The notes below the pieces were generated by a model, which saw only the letters and a list, made by a program, of their open reading frames with translations, was not told where the DNA came from and made no database searches. A stretch of 63,426 bases of DNA, filler included, from Asterionella formosa (Eukaryota): assembly GCA_002256025.1 (NCBI GenBank). It is 15 parts of 15 records of this genome, joined end to end, with 100 filler letters (N's around TTAATTAATTAA, not from the genome) between each part and the next. Parts side by side here need not be neighbours in the genome. Positions count along the whole stretch, not along the records: positions 1 to 22,221 come from NKIB01002829.1; 14 more parts are not named here. One strand, 5' to 3'. Shown piece by piece: positions 1-12,279 of the stretch. The position numbers and the translations under genes are program-made. How positions within the stretch are numbered: the first letter of the stretch is position 1; each line of letters opens with the position of its first letter.

Positions 1-1287
1 TGCAAGAGATATTCCACGAATACCACTTGAGGGGACTATGTTAATCTCTTCATACATAAATATACAGGTATGTTGATCAGACCGGCCGAAATTCTGACGT
101 GGTCACCTCGACAGAATTCTTCTTCCCGATTTTCCTCGGAACTAAATATTGCATGGTTTATAACACTTTATAATTTTAGTTTGTGTTTTCTCCTTCTTTG
201 ATCGTCGCTTCATACTCTCTGTATTCCTCATGAGCCTCTTCAATCGTTAGTGTGTTTGTTGAGATCGGAACAACGCGACTTCATGTTGTTATCGGCGATC
301 TCAATTTTCGTTGTCATTATTAGTGTTATTACTTTACTTCTTTTACGATTGTATTTTCCGTGTCGTTCTTAATACAGGCAGCAAGTAGCAAAGCGTCGTT
401 ATCTATTTTCGTGGAGGTAATTCGTATTTTCGTCTTGGTCAAGCTTGCGACAACATCATGAAGGATTCTCCAGCTGCTCACAGCCACTACCTGTCGTCTC
501 CTGTGTTTTGTATGCACAAAAGAATCGCAAAATGGTAGCTAAATAATTATATACTAGTGCCTACGAGGACAAAAAGAAATATAGCACGTTACTTTGTCTA
601 TGACAAGAAAATTATTGGGTGTTTGGTTCCACCTCGAGAAAAATGTACAGGGGGGTCCAGCAACCATAGGGGGGTCCAGGACAAAGAAGTATACGGTATG
701 TGTATGGCAACAAAAGGTTGCGCTGAGAGTTGATCATTTTTTGGGTACGTTCGTAATACCGAAACAGGAATTTTGCATGCAAACCTCTGTTCTGGTATAT
801 AAAAAGGAGGTCATATACTGGTACAAATAGCATACATACCGGGAGTACACATCCTGCTACTCAATTGATCCCTTGTACATTCTACCTGGTAGGCTGCCAA
901 GATTCAATCACTGACGATTGTGAAATCCCGATAAAATTCGTCGTCTGTGCACTACCTGTAGAATTGTACTGAATAGCCAAAGAAGCGAAACGCAGGCAGG
1001 TGCGTAAAGCAGATACCGGTAACTGTACGATATCTGGTACCTGTCACACTGGTACCCTGGTTCTCCAAATACCAGGCACACACAACAAATTTCTAGTAGA
1101 TACGTAGAAGTCGAACGAGTACCGGTACTGATATCCCTACATAAGCATAGGTATGATAGTATCATATACCAAGTACCAGGTACAGCCTGGTACCCTGTAT
1201 ATCAGCCAACGAAAGAACACTTTTATTTTCATCATTTGCTTACCTTTGACACCCATTTATTCCTGTTCCTCCTAAACAGACTTTACA

Positions 1288-1773
1288 ATGGTTCTTCGTT
1301 TCGCGTTTTTGCTGTCAATCCTCTCGGGTAGCGCTAAAGCCTTTTCTGTGGATCCGAAGCCACCAAAGGGGGTGTCTACCAAACTCTTTTTGAAGCCCTC
1401 TCAAGGTTCGCACCTGGCTGCAGCATGGGAGGCTTCCTGCAACAAAGAAGATCATGAGGAGCGCGCGTCTGTATCCCCTGCTCTCTCTTCTCCTGTCACA
1501 GCTGGATCTGCTGCTCGCGCCTTTGTCTCTCGCGTGTTTTCTCTCCCTTCGTCTCTGCTTCATCCTACCGATGATGGCAAAGATGTTGTTTATTACCCTA
1601 TAGTTGGATTTCAGCTTGTCGGCGATGGCGCTGGACATTGCGCCGTTTTGCCTACTACAGCTCGTGCGAGCTGCCGGATACCAGCGTCACAGACAGAGAT
1701 CTTGGTTGGATGGTTCAGTTCGGCCTGCTTTGTCGATGATGCCAAAGACGACTGTCTTTTGTCCAAGTTCTGA
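1288..1773 (+). CDS. Diatom hypothetical protein with signal peptide and probable plastid-targeting presequence (161 aa)
   Basis: Intronless ATG-TGA ORF. Hydrophobic N-terminus ends in AKA|F (ASAFAP-like). Shares an L-x-PSQ-x3-L-x-A motif with the 17796..18065 protein. Confidence 0.75.
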   Translation: MVLRFAFLLSILSGSAKAFSVDPKPPKGVSTKLFLKPSQGSHLAAAWEASCNKEDHEERASVSPALSSPVTAGSAARAFVSRVFSLPSSLLHPTDDGKDVVYYPIVGFQLVGDGAGHCAVLPTTARASCRIPASQTEILVGWFSSACFVDDAKDDCLLSKF

Positions 1774-2629
1774 ACACCATTGAAGCATCTAAACTTCGAT
1801 ATTATGCAACCTCTTGTCGATTATTGATTCCACCAATTCCCACTCTGTTCAACTCACTATTAAAATGTAGCTATCTATACCACAATGAGAAACTCATTTC
1901 TTTTCCAATCCACTTCAGTACACTTGTGTCTGGCAGAGCCAGTACGATTTGTCGTATTTTCGCATGTACCTGCACTGAGCAAAGTGACACTCTGCTCCGT
2001 TCCCTGTAATGATACATGTAATATACCCCTTCGCAGACAGTGCCAAACGTCGCATGGCCATGAGAAATACCGGTTTATACATTAATATACTATTCATATG
2101 TAACGGTGGAATAATAGGTAGGACACACTTGTTATGAATTCTGAGTATACGACTGGTATTTTCGACTACTAAAAGATTTAGGCCATGGTGAGGGATGGGT
2201 CCTGTCAGGGTCCCTTTGGGGTAAACTAGGATGAGTGCATTCGGCTTGGTGTAGACTCTACTGGGGTTACCTTGTTAGCTATCATTGTCATCATTATGAA
2301 TTGCCATGGTGGCCATAAACAATGTAATGCAGAGGAAGTGGAATGCTGTGTAAAGTATGTACTATGATATTGATATGTCTACACCCCAACCAGTGTCACA
2401 ATAAGTGACAAACACAAGAGGTAGCAATAAAGCAATGTTGCCACCAATAACAACAGGAAAAGCCCTGGGAAGTATTCAAAAGAAGGCACAAACTCCAATC
2501 AAGCAGCAAACTGTTAACCTTGCTGGACTCCCAAAGCAAGGAAGGGGGGAAATCGACACAGCCAAGAGCAGGATCCTCTTCAAAAGTTCCAAGTCCAAAT
2601 CAAGCTATCCACTTTCTTCTAGGGTAATT

Positions 2630-2820
2630 AATCTCACCAGAAGACTGACATTATATACAGCAACACCACCAGACCAAATAAAATAAAATTGTTCGACTTC
2701 TACTAGAGGAATGTATACACCCTTTTCCCACGTTTTAGCACTCAAAGTCACCATAATTGTTGGGATGATACTGGGATGGGTAGTCTTTGGAAAACCCAGG
2801 GCTGACAACGCCAGGAAGTA
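2630..2820. repeat. Dispersed degenerate repeat, homologous to 33375..33550
   Basis: caccct-tt-ccc..caaagtcacca..ttgttggg-tgatactggg..ggctg-caa-gccaggaag is shared between contig 1 and contig 2. Confidence 0.6.
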
Positions 2821-3479
2821 CTGCTCTATTAGCAATTGAGTTACATGATAGTCTACCTGGTGTTCCACCTTAGCCAGGAGAGGTACTACCTGGTGGTACT
2901 CTTTCTAGTAGTTGATAAAAGTTGGAGCGATTCTTAAAATTTCTCCAGGGGTATTTTGACTCCTATGACTTTCTCCGCTTCAATTGCTGCCCTAATGTGC
3001 GCAATCACATTAAGCTACAGATCTATGTATAATATAAAGATAATAAGTTTAAAATTGGCAACAACATTTCAGAAAAACGTTTTTCGGCTTTTTCGATTTT
3101 GCTCATTGCCATCCCAAGAAGAATTTTCCGATAGATGCATGAACCCCAAATATATTTAAACCATGTATTCTTAACATGCATACAAGGAGGGATATAAAAG
3201 TACAACAACGGCAACTTGCCTTCAATTAGGAATCGCACAACTACGGAAGTGACGATGATAGAAAGGAAGAAAACAACAATGGTTTGCTCGTTTTGGTGAT
3301 CGGAACTGTTATATAAATGGCAGAATGGGCAATGTAAATGTTCATGACTAATACCATATAATGTATATGTAAGGCCCCGTCTTACTATGGTTCCCAAAAT
3401 ACAAAGATTGAGTAGCCCAGATACCTGTTGGGTGTTTAATCTTTGTATTGTTGTCCCTTACAATGCTAAATAACTCATG

Positions 3480-4410
3480 AATCCATCCGATTACAAAGAT
3501 CAATCTTCATTTGCCCGAAAATTTCAGGGGTCATACCCAATATGAACCAAATTTTATTAAGTATATTCTTGAAACTGTAGGGTGGTATGATCTGCACAGG
3601 AAATATTGCACTAGTTATCATCTGTGCATGGACTTCGAGTTGCTCCTAATCAGTGTTTTCTGCACTCTAGCAACAGGTGTTTCCCATTTGTATGTGTACA
3701 TTCAAAGCAACTGACATCTCTAAAGAGATACACCACAAATTTTTCATTCACTGGACTTCAAAGTTTGGAAAAAGAAGGATGAATATGTATACATGATACT
3801 GAGAGAGGAAGATGATGACCAACTGAAACAAATTCTTAATGATAACAGTTCCCTTGTTGTTCTTACAGGGTGTATAGCATCAGTTGATTATGTGCACATT
3901 GGGTAGAATTGATATCCCGCCTACCAGAAGAATACATTTAAAGGTTCCAACGGGTACTATCCTTCAGTTGTTTTTAAGGTGCTTTCTCATCACAGAAGAA
4001 AGATTTAATCAATCAGCTACCTACACCCAGGAACAAGAAATGACAAACACATAGTCAAGTTTAATGCTACTGTTTCCAATCTACATGATAGAGAATCTTT
4101 TTCTTGGCAGGCAAGAGTAGAATGTGCTCAGTCCTGTTGATTTATCTATAAAATGTAATGGCTACTATTTCATTGTACCTATGATGACCAGTGTTGATTT
4201 GTCCAATAAAATATGGCAATGTACACAGAAAAGAATGGGCATGAGGTATGATGGTAGAGACTGTTAGAAAAGATATTGAATGTAATTTTGGTATACTATT
4301 GAAAAGCCAATGGTTATTTCCTAAGAATTGGAACAACTTTTCTTGACCCAAGCATATCGAAAACGTGTTCACATCATGCTGTGTGCTCCAAAACATTCTA
4401 TTAGGCAGCG
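3480..4410 (+). pseudogene. Degenerate PIF/Harbinger (DDE_Tnp_4-like) transposase
   Basis: Hand translation through stops and frameshifts gives GCIASVDYVHIG, KG..GYYPSVVF, HPGTRNDKHIVK and VETVRKDIECNFGIL, matching Harbinger DDE motifs. A possible left end TAA|GGCCCCG lies at 3370; no right TIR was found. Confidence 0.75.
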
Positions 4411-5126
4411 ATGGTTACTTTGGTTTTGAAAGTTCTGACATAGTACTACAGCGTGCATGTTGGACATACTGGGCGAGGTTACTGCTGCATGGAATCGCAT
4501 GTTACTACTTTGCATATCTACTTGAATGACGTAAACGTAGGAATCCATATTGACTACTTTGAATGTAGTCACTAGAAACCGTATTTTTATCGTCGTAGAA
4601 TCACTATATGTAGGACGCATCATATATAAATACAACAATAGCTAAACGGGTACTCTGGTACCAGGCACACTGGCGAGAACAACAACAACAAATCATCGAG
4701 GACTGCACCAAAATCAACATGTCATCAAACCGACAACTATAGTACAAGGTACCGGTGTGTCGTTGGATGACACGACAGCAAGCAGCATCGCTCAAATTGA
4801 GGGAAAAACGAACTAATTCCCAAATAGGAATAATGTTATTTCATTTATAAAAGTAGTCTAATAGGAATGCTTTACTTTTCTTTTTATATTCAAGAAAAGC
4901 GTGATTTTTAAATTTTCTTATTCTACCATGTGTCCATAGACATGTATGAATCAAAAAACGCGCAGAAAGAAAGAACACATGATGATTTAAAAACACGACT
5001 GCGAAAAAACAAAAGACGCATGTCTCCGCAAAGCCAGCTCACGATGGCCACAATTACACAACATCATCCACTCCTAGTCCGTCAAACTGATACCTGTTGT
5101 TCCACAGAGTGCAGAAGATATCCAGC

Positions 5127-5648
5127 ATGCCTACAGAAAATTGCTGTGGTAGACTTGGAGGCGAATGGTGCCTCGATTCCGGGGGTGTCGCGATTAGCTC
5201 TGTGTTATTACTTGGGTTTGTTCTGGTTCAGTTTGGGCCTCGTGTTGCCTTCCTTTATATAATTGCTGGTCTCACTGTCGTTGCGATGTACCGAGCTTTT
5301 TCTCGACGTGCTGCATCGTCGACAACGAATGACATTGAAACGCCCCCACTTCCCGTCACATCCGCGCCAATAGCGCCTGCTGTGGACTTTTCAACCGTCC
5401 TTGTGCGGCGGGTACAAGGCGAGGAGGACGCTCCGTTTACATGCGAGATTTGTTTGGATGAAGCGATGGTAGGAGATGAGATGGCAGGGTCACCAAACAA
5501 GGCATGCATTCATGAATTTCACTTTGAGTGTATCCGTCAGGCTTTGGAGCGACAACCGACGTGCCCGTGCTGTCGGAGGGACTACATGGTTGCCAATGAG
5601 GCCACTCCGTCTGCTCCACCGGAAGGAGTAGTACAACTAGAAGCATGA
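5127..5648 (+). CDS. Membrane-anchored RING-H2 E3 ubiquitin ligase-like protein
   Basis: CEIC..CIHEFHFEC..CPCC RING-H2 at the C-terminus, preceded by two hydrophobic segments. First ATG is at 5127 (the ORF-track start 5097 is TTG). Confidence 0.8.
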   Translation: MPTENCCGRLGGEWCLDSGGVAISSVLLLGFVLVQFGPRVAFLYIIAGLTVVAMYRAFSRRAASSTTNDIETPPLPVTSAPIAPAVDFSTVLVRRVQGEEDAPFTCEICLDEAMVGDEMAGSPNKACIHEFHFECIRQALERQPTCPCCRRDYMVANEATPSAPPEGVVQLEA

Positions 5649-5868
5649 AATGGCAACAGTAGGCAGTGTGTACGTGTGTGTGAAATGGATGAAACATTGA
5701 TTCCAATGCTTTGCGCGTACACTGGAATGAGATACAGGAAAAACCCCAACAGCATATAAACCAAACATTACACGTTTGTTAGTTACAAATTAGGATGTAT
5801 AGAACTGCCTCCAGTGTGGAGACATTCATAAAATAAGAATATTGCTTCAAGTTACATTGATCCATTCA

Positions 5869-8255
5869 TCATATCTGAATCATGTTATACCCAAAGAGTT
5901 CGAAGTCTCGTGCATAGATTTTATTGATTGTCTGGATATTCTCCGGTGAAAGATCATTCACCGTCATATGCTTACTGCCACTTTCACCTTGGTACTGTTT
6001 GCTATGATCGTAAGTATGGAACATAGGAGCACTATCACCTTTGCTGGGAAGTTTGATAGAAATACCGTATTCTTGCATCAAAGCATCGAATTCGTTGGAA
6101 AGGTTTTCGTAGTGGAGTACGTGAGTGATAACCTTGTCACCATTCAGATCATAAACATAGTAATTCTGAGGCAGCATGTGTCCCCTAATGTCACGTGCTA
6201 CTTCCGTCACGTTTGCCGTTACCCAGTTCTGAAATGTCTCCACCTTGTCTGGATCGGGTCCCTTGTACCCATAGGCCGAACAATAGTACTCGGAAACGAC
6301 TCGTTCGTACGGATTCCTCACCACAGCAAAGGTATCAACCTCTTCAAACATATTGGGTAATTGCCAGTGATGAGGACAATGCCAAGGTTCGCCCTGGTAG
6401 AAAAGGCCCGGGGGCATACGTTCCGCGATGCGTTTCTCGACTTTGGGCCAATCGGGATTATCACATTTCTGGTATGAAATGGAACGATAATGACAAGCGC
6501 CCCACATGATCTTGGCTTGATCCGCAGCTGCGGTCTCAATTGCAGTTCCGCCTGTATGTTAAATTCAAAAGATTAGGAACACGAATTTTTTCAGCATGGA
6601 CAAAAAAGATGATGCAATTCATTATGCGTACCAGTCTTCGTAATATGAACAAACTCAAGTTTACGACGCGGTTTCTGAATCTGATCAGACCCTTGCTGCA
6701 CTGTCCCAAAACTCTCTTTCTGCATCACGCCCCCAAAAGGTGTTTTAACCACTTGCAGTTCTCCTGAAAGCGAGCTAGAAGAACCACGGTCTCCATCTTC
6801 TGATTCATCATTATCAAATGTAGTTCTTGACCTACTTGTAGAACTCAGGTCGCTGGATTGTATGTCCACAAACAATGCTTCTTCAGTAGGACCGGATTGC
6901 GAGTCTGCAGAAGTCAGTACATCCAGGTCTTCGCTGCCAGATTTCATTCCAGAGTCAGTTGAGCTCAACCCTTCATATTGTGTACTTTCCATCAATGAAG
7001 TTCCGGAGTCACCTGACCTTAACCCTCCATTTGACATCCTTTCAGGAAGAAGTCCATTAGATTTCATTCCTGAACCGGTGGAGCTCATTCCCCAAGATTG
7101 TGAGGTTTCCAGAAATGGAGTTTCAGAATCACCAAACGTCCCTCCCAAACGAGTGGAACTTAACCCATTAAATTGGGTGGAAGAACTCAAATCTTCTACT
7201 GTCATATCTCCGGGGTAGAGTGAGGTCAACGCTCCCGTTTTCGCGGTTTCTATAAATGGTGTTTTGGAACCACTATAACTCAAATCTCCTCTTGACACAT
7301 CACTAGATGTCATTCCCGAACCAGTTGAGGTCAACCATCCGGTTTGCATGTTTTCCATATATGGTGGTTTGGAACCACTATAACTCAAATATTCTCTTGA
7401 CGCATCACCAGAGCGAAGTCCACCAGATGCCATCACCGAACCGGTGTCACTCGACCTTCCGGATTGTGTACCTTTGGTAAATTGAGGATCGGCACCATTT
7501 GAATCCAACCCTCCTCCAGAGTGTACGGTTTCCATAAATTGAGTATTGTATTCACCCGAAGTGAATTCTCCTGTCTGAATGCCTCCAGATCGAAGCCCAC
7601 CAGATGTCCTTGCCGAAGCAACGGAGCTTATACCCCCCGATTGTGTGCTTTCCATGAGTGGACTTTCAGAACCATCAGAATTCAAGTCTTCTGTTGACAC
7701 GGCTCCAGCCCTCAATCCCCCGGATGTCTTTCCACCAGTTTGAATGCTCTCATACGAGCGAGTTGCTCCTGATGTTGGTGACATGAACTTGGATCCCAGT
7801 CCTTGAGGTTCCACACCACCAAATCCATAATTATCCGGAGAAACACGATCGGATGATGAACTTTGAGAGAACGTTCCAGTACTTGACGTGCCTCCAGAAA
7901 TTCCATTTGATATCTGAGCACCTCCCATTGAGGATATGGTACCACTATCAGTATTGCCTGAATATGGCATTACAATTCCTCCTTGTTCCGTCCCGTCCTG
8001 TTGCATTCCTCCGTTAGTTCCTCTCGTTCCTTCTTGCATGGAATCGACCACGTTGTTTCCATAACCACTTGATAACATGGCGTTGTTCGAGTTGTGTTCC
8101 TTGAACGTGACTGTCTTGGGGTCGCCGAGAGAGAGCCGACGACCATGATGAAGAGGACTGAATGCTGGGCTGACCAGGAGTTCTTTCGTGGCAAAGAAGA
8201 AGGTCGATAGGGATGCCACACAGACTATAATTAATCCAAAATTACAGTCTGGCAT
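5869..8255 (-). CDS. Golgi-type sulfotransferase (Sulfotransfer_2-like) with a long Ser/Gly-rich stem; exons 8255-6632 and 6551-5869, ~768 aa
   Basis: Splicing the 80-bp GTACGC..ACAG intron (6631-6552) restores the PAPS-binding motif HITKTGGTAIE. Also has VRNPYERVVSEY and YARDFELFGY motifs and an N-terminal signal anchor. Confidence 0.85.
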
Positions 8256-8891
8256 GTTTCGTTTTCTTGTTCTATCAAAATAGGAGAATGCACTAGCAAG
8301 TAGTTCGTCTTTGAAAGTACGTGAGAAACGAGGGAACAAGCGATAATGACAATGCCAGCAACGAATCAACGATAACACACACACATTCTGCAGCTCATTC
8401 CCCTCTCCTCTCCACTCCTCTCTCTCTCATTCATTCATCTCTTACCTTGATTTGATTCGCCTAGATTGGTTTGGAAATGCAATCTTGCAAATTAAAAATG
8501 AATACCCGTTTGAAGTAAATGACAGGCAGATTTTCCCTTCTTATCAATCAACACAATGACTCAAGGTGGGGGGCGATCAAAAAATCCATGACACGCTACT
8601 TGGTACAACATGCATATTTAAATGTTGTAAGACGTGTGGATATATAGTGCACGTACGCCAACAGGACTGTAATGTACAGTAATACATATTTGTCTCTATA
8701 TGAAAATGTCCTTCTAGTCTATGAACCGGCGGAATGTATGATGGTTGCTGTTGCTGGCGTGCAGATTTTTTGATGATGCCTCGCTGCACCACACCTTGCA
8801 CACCTCTCAAAGTCATTGTGACAGAATGATGTGCCTTTCTTCTGGTTTATTTGTCATTTTCATGCTTTGCTTCAAGTCGGAGTACCTTGTA

Positions 8892-8987
8892 CCTGCAAGT
8901 TGCGGTAATTTTGATGAAACTAAAGATTTAGCTATCTTTATCCCAGATTAACATGTTAGTTTACTCAAAATGACCGCAACTTGCTGG
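8892..8987. mobile_element. Palindromic MITE-like element flanked by TA (Tc1/mariner type)
   Basis: Arms of ~32 bp (cctgcaagttgcggtaattttgatgaaactaa / ttagtttactcaaaatgaccgcaacttgctgg) pair with 4 mismatches. TA at 8890-91 and 8988-89. Confidence 0.6.
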
Positions 8988-9838
8988 TATCGGTGGTATG
9001 TTACTCCTGTGGTGCGGAGTATATGAATTACCGATGCAGGCGGTGTGTACAATATTCACATGCGGTAATAGCGGTATAGATACTGTGTAATATTCTACGA
9101 AATATTCAGGGATCATCATCAGTAGTCATACATATAATAAAACAACGAGTTTAAAAGCCTTTTTTCTTATTATGCCCTCCGATCTATCAATACATCATGA
9201 TGACGACCGGTATTACGGTAGACTACGTATTGAATATATCCATGTACCTGTAACAGCAGTGTACCTGGTGCGGTATACCCAAGACCAATGGAAGGTCCGG
9301 GAGAACACGGTTGGTACTTAAGAAAGGATCAAGCTAAAACAATCTCAGTTACCGGACCTTCCTCTGCTTGTGACTGGTCGAGGGCCTGCCGGTAGTTAGC
9401 TAGCTAGGAGTAGCTACCGTAGTGGCACTTTTGTTTTGAAAATAAATGAGTGCATTAATTAAGCAACTACTGTATGTACTGGTAAGGGACGAGCTCACTA
9501 AATAGCCAGGAGTAGCTAGCACTAGTTTTTAGGGAACTGGTGGGAGTAGACTATTGACCGTTCTAGTAAGCACAAACGATGTATTCCCAAACACATGCAT
9601 GATAATGTAAGTATGAAATGGGACGTTTCATTGCACTTTGTAGATCTGTGTGCTCAAGAGCAAATGCTAGTTCATGTGATGTTCTGGATACATCATTCTA
9701 TCATTGCACACTTCAAGTTATAACTGAGAACTGCTAAATATTCATACATCGCTAGTGCAAAGGTGATTCCGCTACATCCTGGATATACTCAAGAGCATAG
9801 CTATAGCCGTTACATTGTGGATTCATCAAACCGGTGTC

Positions 9839-11605
9839 CTACGCCCAAAACTGCTGAATGACACAATCAATGGGTAGCCGACACACTGGACACCGATCGC
9901 CCCTTGCCTTTAGCACACGTGCACATATCAAGCAGCATGCGATGTGCCCTGTCTCACCGTGGACAATAGTACTGTTCCTAACCTCCGTCAAACATATCAA
10001 GCACTTGTCTTCCTTGCTACGTTCTGGTGCAGCAGATCGCTGCTGCACCACTTTTCTCGCTTGACTACTAGAAGATGAAGTCGACTCGAGTTTCGACAAG
10101 CCGCGACCTTGGTTGTCGAGAACTCGTTGTGACTGGAACAAGTGCCACAGTCCTGCTGCGTCGGGATCAAACAACCCATCCATACCAACAAATTCCAAAA
10201 TAGGTTCGTCCAAAGGTGGTTGTTTGTTTAATCTCACACTGACCCATCCACCGTGACCAGCAAGTTTCAACCGTTCAATACACATTTCTTGAGGATGTTC
10301 TGAAAAGGCACGTCCGACCACAGTGAGTATCGCTCCGACGGGCGCATGTCCAATTTGAGGCGAACTCAATTCCATGTCGGCACGCACAATGGCACCTTCT
10401 GACAGCGTTACTTTGTAAAGTGCCGGCACCGGAAAAGGAACTGGTTGGGCAATGGGACCTCGCTGCCCAGAGAGTGGATTTAGAAACTCACTGATCCATC
10501 CCTCCACTAAGCGTTTATCGTCTAAGATAGCCTGGACATGCAGTCTCGGGAGTCCCATGTCGTTGACAACTTTTCGGTTTACACTTAAAAAAGAACCAAA
10601 GGGCAACGTGTGGACGAGTTTACTCGTGAGCTCTAGTCCTTCCCTCACAAAGGCTCCTGCGGAGCAAGTGACACGCCACATCCATGCGTGAAGGTCTGTG
10701 TACAATTGCAACTCACCAGGTGCCAAAAATAAATAGCCGTCCACGGATAATACAATGTAGCCAGAGAGGGGTGAATCAATATGTAAGAGTTGAATTTCAC
10801 CGTAACGGCCCCGACGATACACGTTTGCGCCGGAAGAGTTGACCAAAATCGGAAATAATGAGGTGGATTCTAGGTAAATCAGCTCTTTGGCAACAACGGT
10901 CGAACCGGGAGAAAGTGTTCCAATGACATCCCTTTCTGTGAATCCATCCATTCCCTTTATTGGCAACTCCCTCATTATAACTAATCTTCCATCTTGTTGC
11001 CACCACAAGTCATCTGTTTCTGATGCATCTTGAAGTTCCAACCAATCGCTTCGTTGACGTTGTTCTCGAGTCCGACAGGATCGTTCCCATTTTGAAATGC
11101 ATTCAGTTTCCGAAGGGGTTAAGGGTCGTGATATTCTCCTTTCGTGTACTGTCAGTTCTGTGTTTCCTTCCATCGGAGTTATGGCGCGAGACATTGGAGC
11201 CAGTTTAAAGGATGTTTCCGCTATCGCCTCGTCTTCGGGTCCCTCTGTTCTTCGATCTCGACCATCCTCCACATCGCTTACGACAATGAACGAATCATCA
11301 GACGGTACTGACTGCGGTAGTGTGTCTGATAGCGTTATATCTTCTGTCGCATGCAGTCCGACATGCGGCATGATACTACCAGACACGAGGACGGGCACTG
11401 GGTATGGATTCTCTGGTCTGCTCTCATAGTATACAACGCCATGTCCAGAGTGGTCGCCTCCCTGCATGCTGACATGATCATCCGCGGTTGGTCCTGTGTC
11501 AATCGTGTTATTCATACAGTCGCCAGGGATGCCCTGCATCACAACGAAACAACCTGGTACCAGAATGGGCGCTTCGTGGACCATGGAGTCAAAGTAGGCG
11601 CGCAT
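9839..11605 (-). CDS. RING-finger E3 ligase-like protein with C-terminal MDM2-type RING and SH3-like repeats (588 aa)
   Basis: C-terminus CLIC-x10-H-x4-H-x3-C-x2-C-x10-CPVC (IVHGETGH). Internal repeats VREGLELTS..LPFG and VRADMELSS..APVG. Confidence 0.8.
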   Translation of the reverse strand: MRAYFDSMVHEAPILVPGCFVVMQGIPGDCMNNTIDTGPTADDHVSMQGGDHSGHGVVYYESRPENPYPVPVLVSGSIMPHVGLHATEDITLSDTLPQSVPSDDSFIVVSDVEDGRDRRTEGPEDEAIAETSFKLAPMSRAITPMEGNTELTVHERRISRPLTPSETECISKWERSCRTREQRQRSDWLELQDASETDDLWWQQDGRLVIMRELPIKGMDGFTERDVIGTLSPGSTVVAKELIYLESTSLFPILVNSSGANVYRRGRYGEIQLLHIDSPLSGYIVLSVDGYLFLAPGELQLYTDLHAWMWRVTCSAGAFVREGLELTSKLVHTLPFGSFLSVNRKVVNDMGLPRLHVQAILDDKRLVEGWISEFLNPLSGQRGPIAQPVPFPVPALYKVTLSEGAIVRADMELSSPQIGHAPVGAILTVVGRAFSEHPQEMCIERLKLAGHGGWVSVRLNKQPPLDEPILEFVGMDGLFDPDAAGLWHLFQSQRVLDNQGRGLSKLESTSSSSSQARKVVQQRSAAPERSKEDKCLICLTEVRNSTIVHGETGHIACCLICARVLKARGDRCPVCRLPIDCVIQQFWA

Positions 11606-12127
11606 TATTTGCAGTAGCAGTGCGAATGTCTTGAATGAATGAACAATAGTAACAGACCTCGCGATGGAAGCACCAAGACAAAGTTTGCAATCTTTGCATC
11701 CAGCCGCTTCACAAATACTTTCGACTGGCTTGTCCCTTGAACAGCGCGGAGTTTTCGGGGGAGATCAAGTAGCAGCTATTGTCTTCTCTCGCTGTTGATT
11801 GAAATACGATTCTAACTGCTAGCATTTGGGAGGAGGGCGTCAACAAAAGAATAACGCATTCATGAGGATGATTTTCCACCATCACATACATGAACATTGC
11901 TTTCAGAATTTGATCATGTATGTAAATATACATAGACAAATATGTATATACAAATCGTATGTACTATTTCCATCTACTATATAAATTTGCAGAATAACTG
12001 TTCGTTCGTCCTTTTCCCAGTCATGGACTAGCTTGACTACCAGTGCTACAGGTATGTAGGAGCCATTGAAAACTTTTTGAAGTGCTGTCGACAGCATATC
12101 ACTTGTAATAGCTGTTGAGGGGAACCT

Positions 12128-12279
12128 TGTCGTGAATAAAGGTGAACTACAATATTATGACTATTCTATTGCTGTTCCAAGTACATCGTTGTTAGCACTC
12201 ACGCATGTGCCTAATCTGGTGGCTGCACCGGTATGGTTCATATGGCGCATGTATGGAGCATCATATGCAGATATTAACA
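12128..12279 (-). repeat. Putative 3' LTR of the copia element
   Basis: On the minus strand a PPT-like GGTGAGGGTG is followed by TGTTAAT.., and the candidate end is ..TTCACGACA (TG...CA). There is no 5' LTR to confirm the boundary. Confidence 0.5.
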
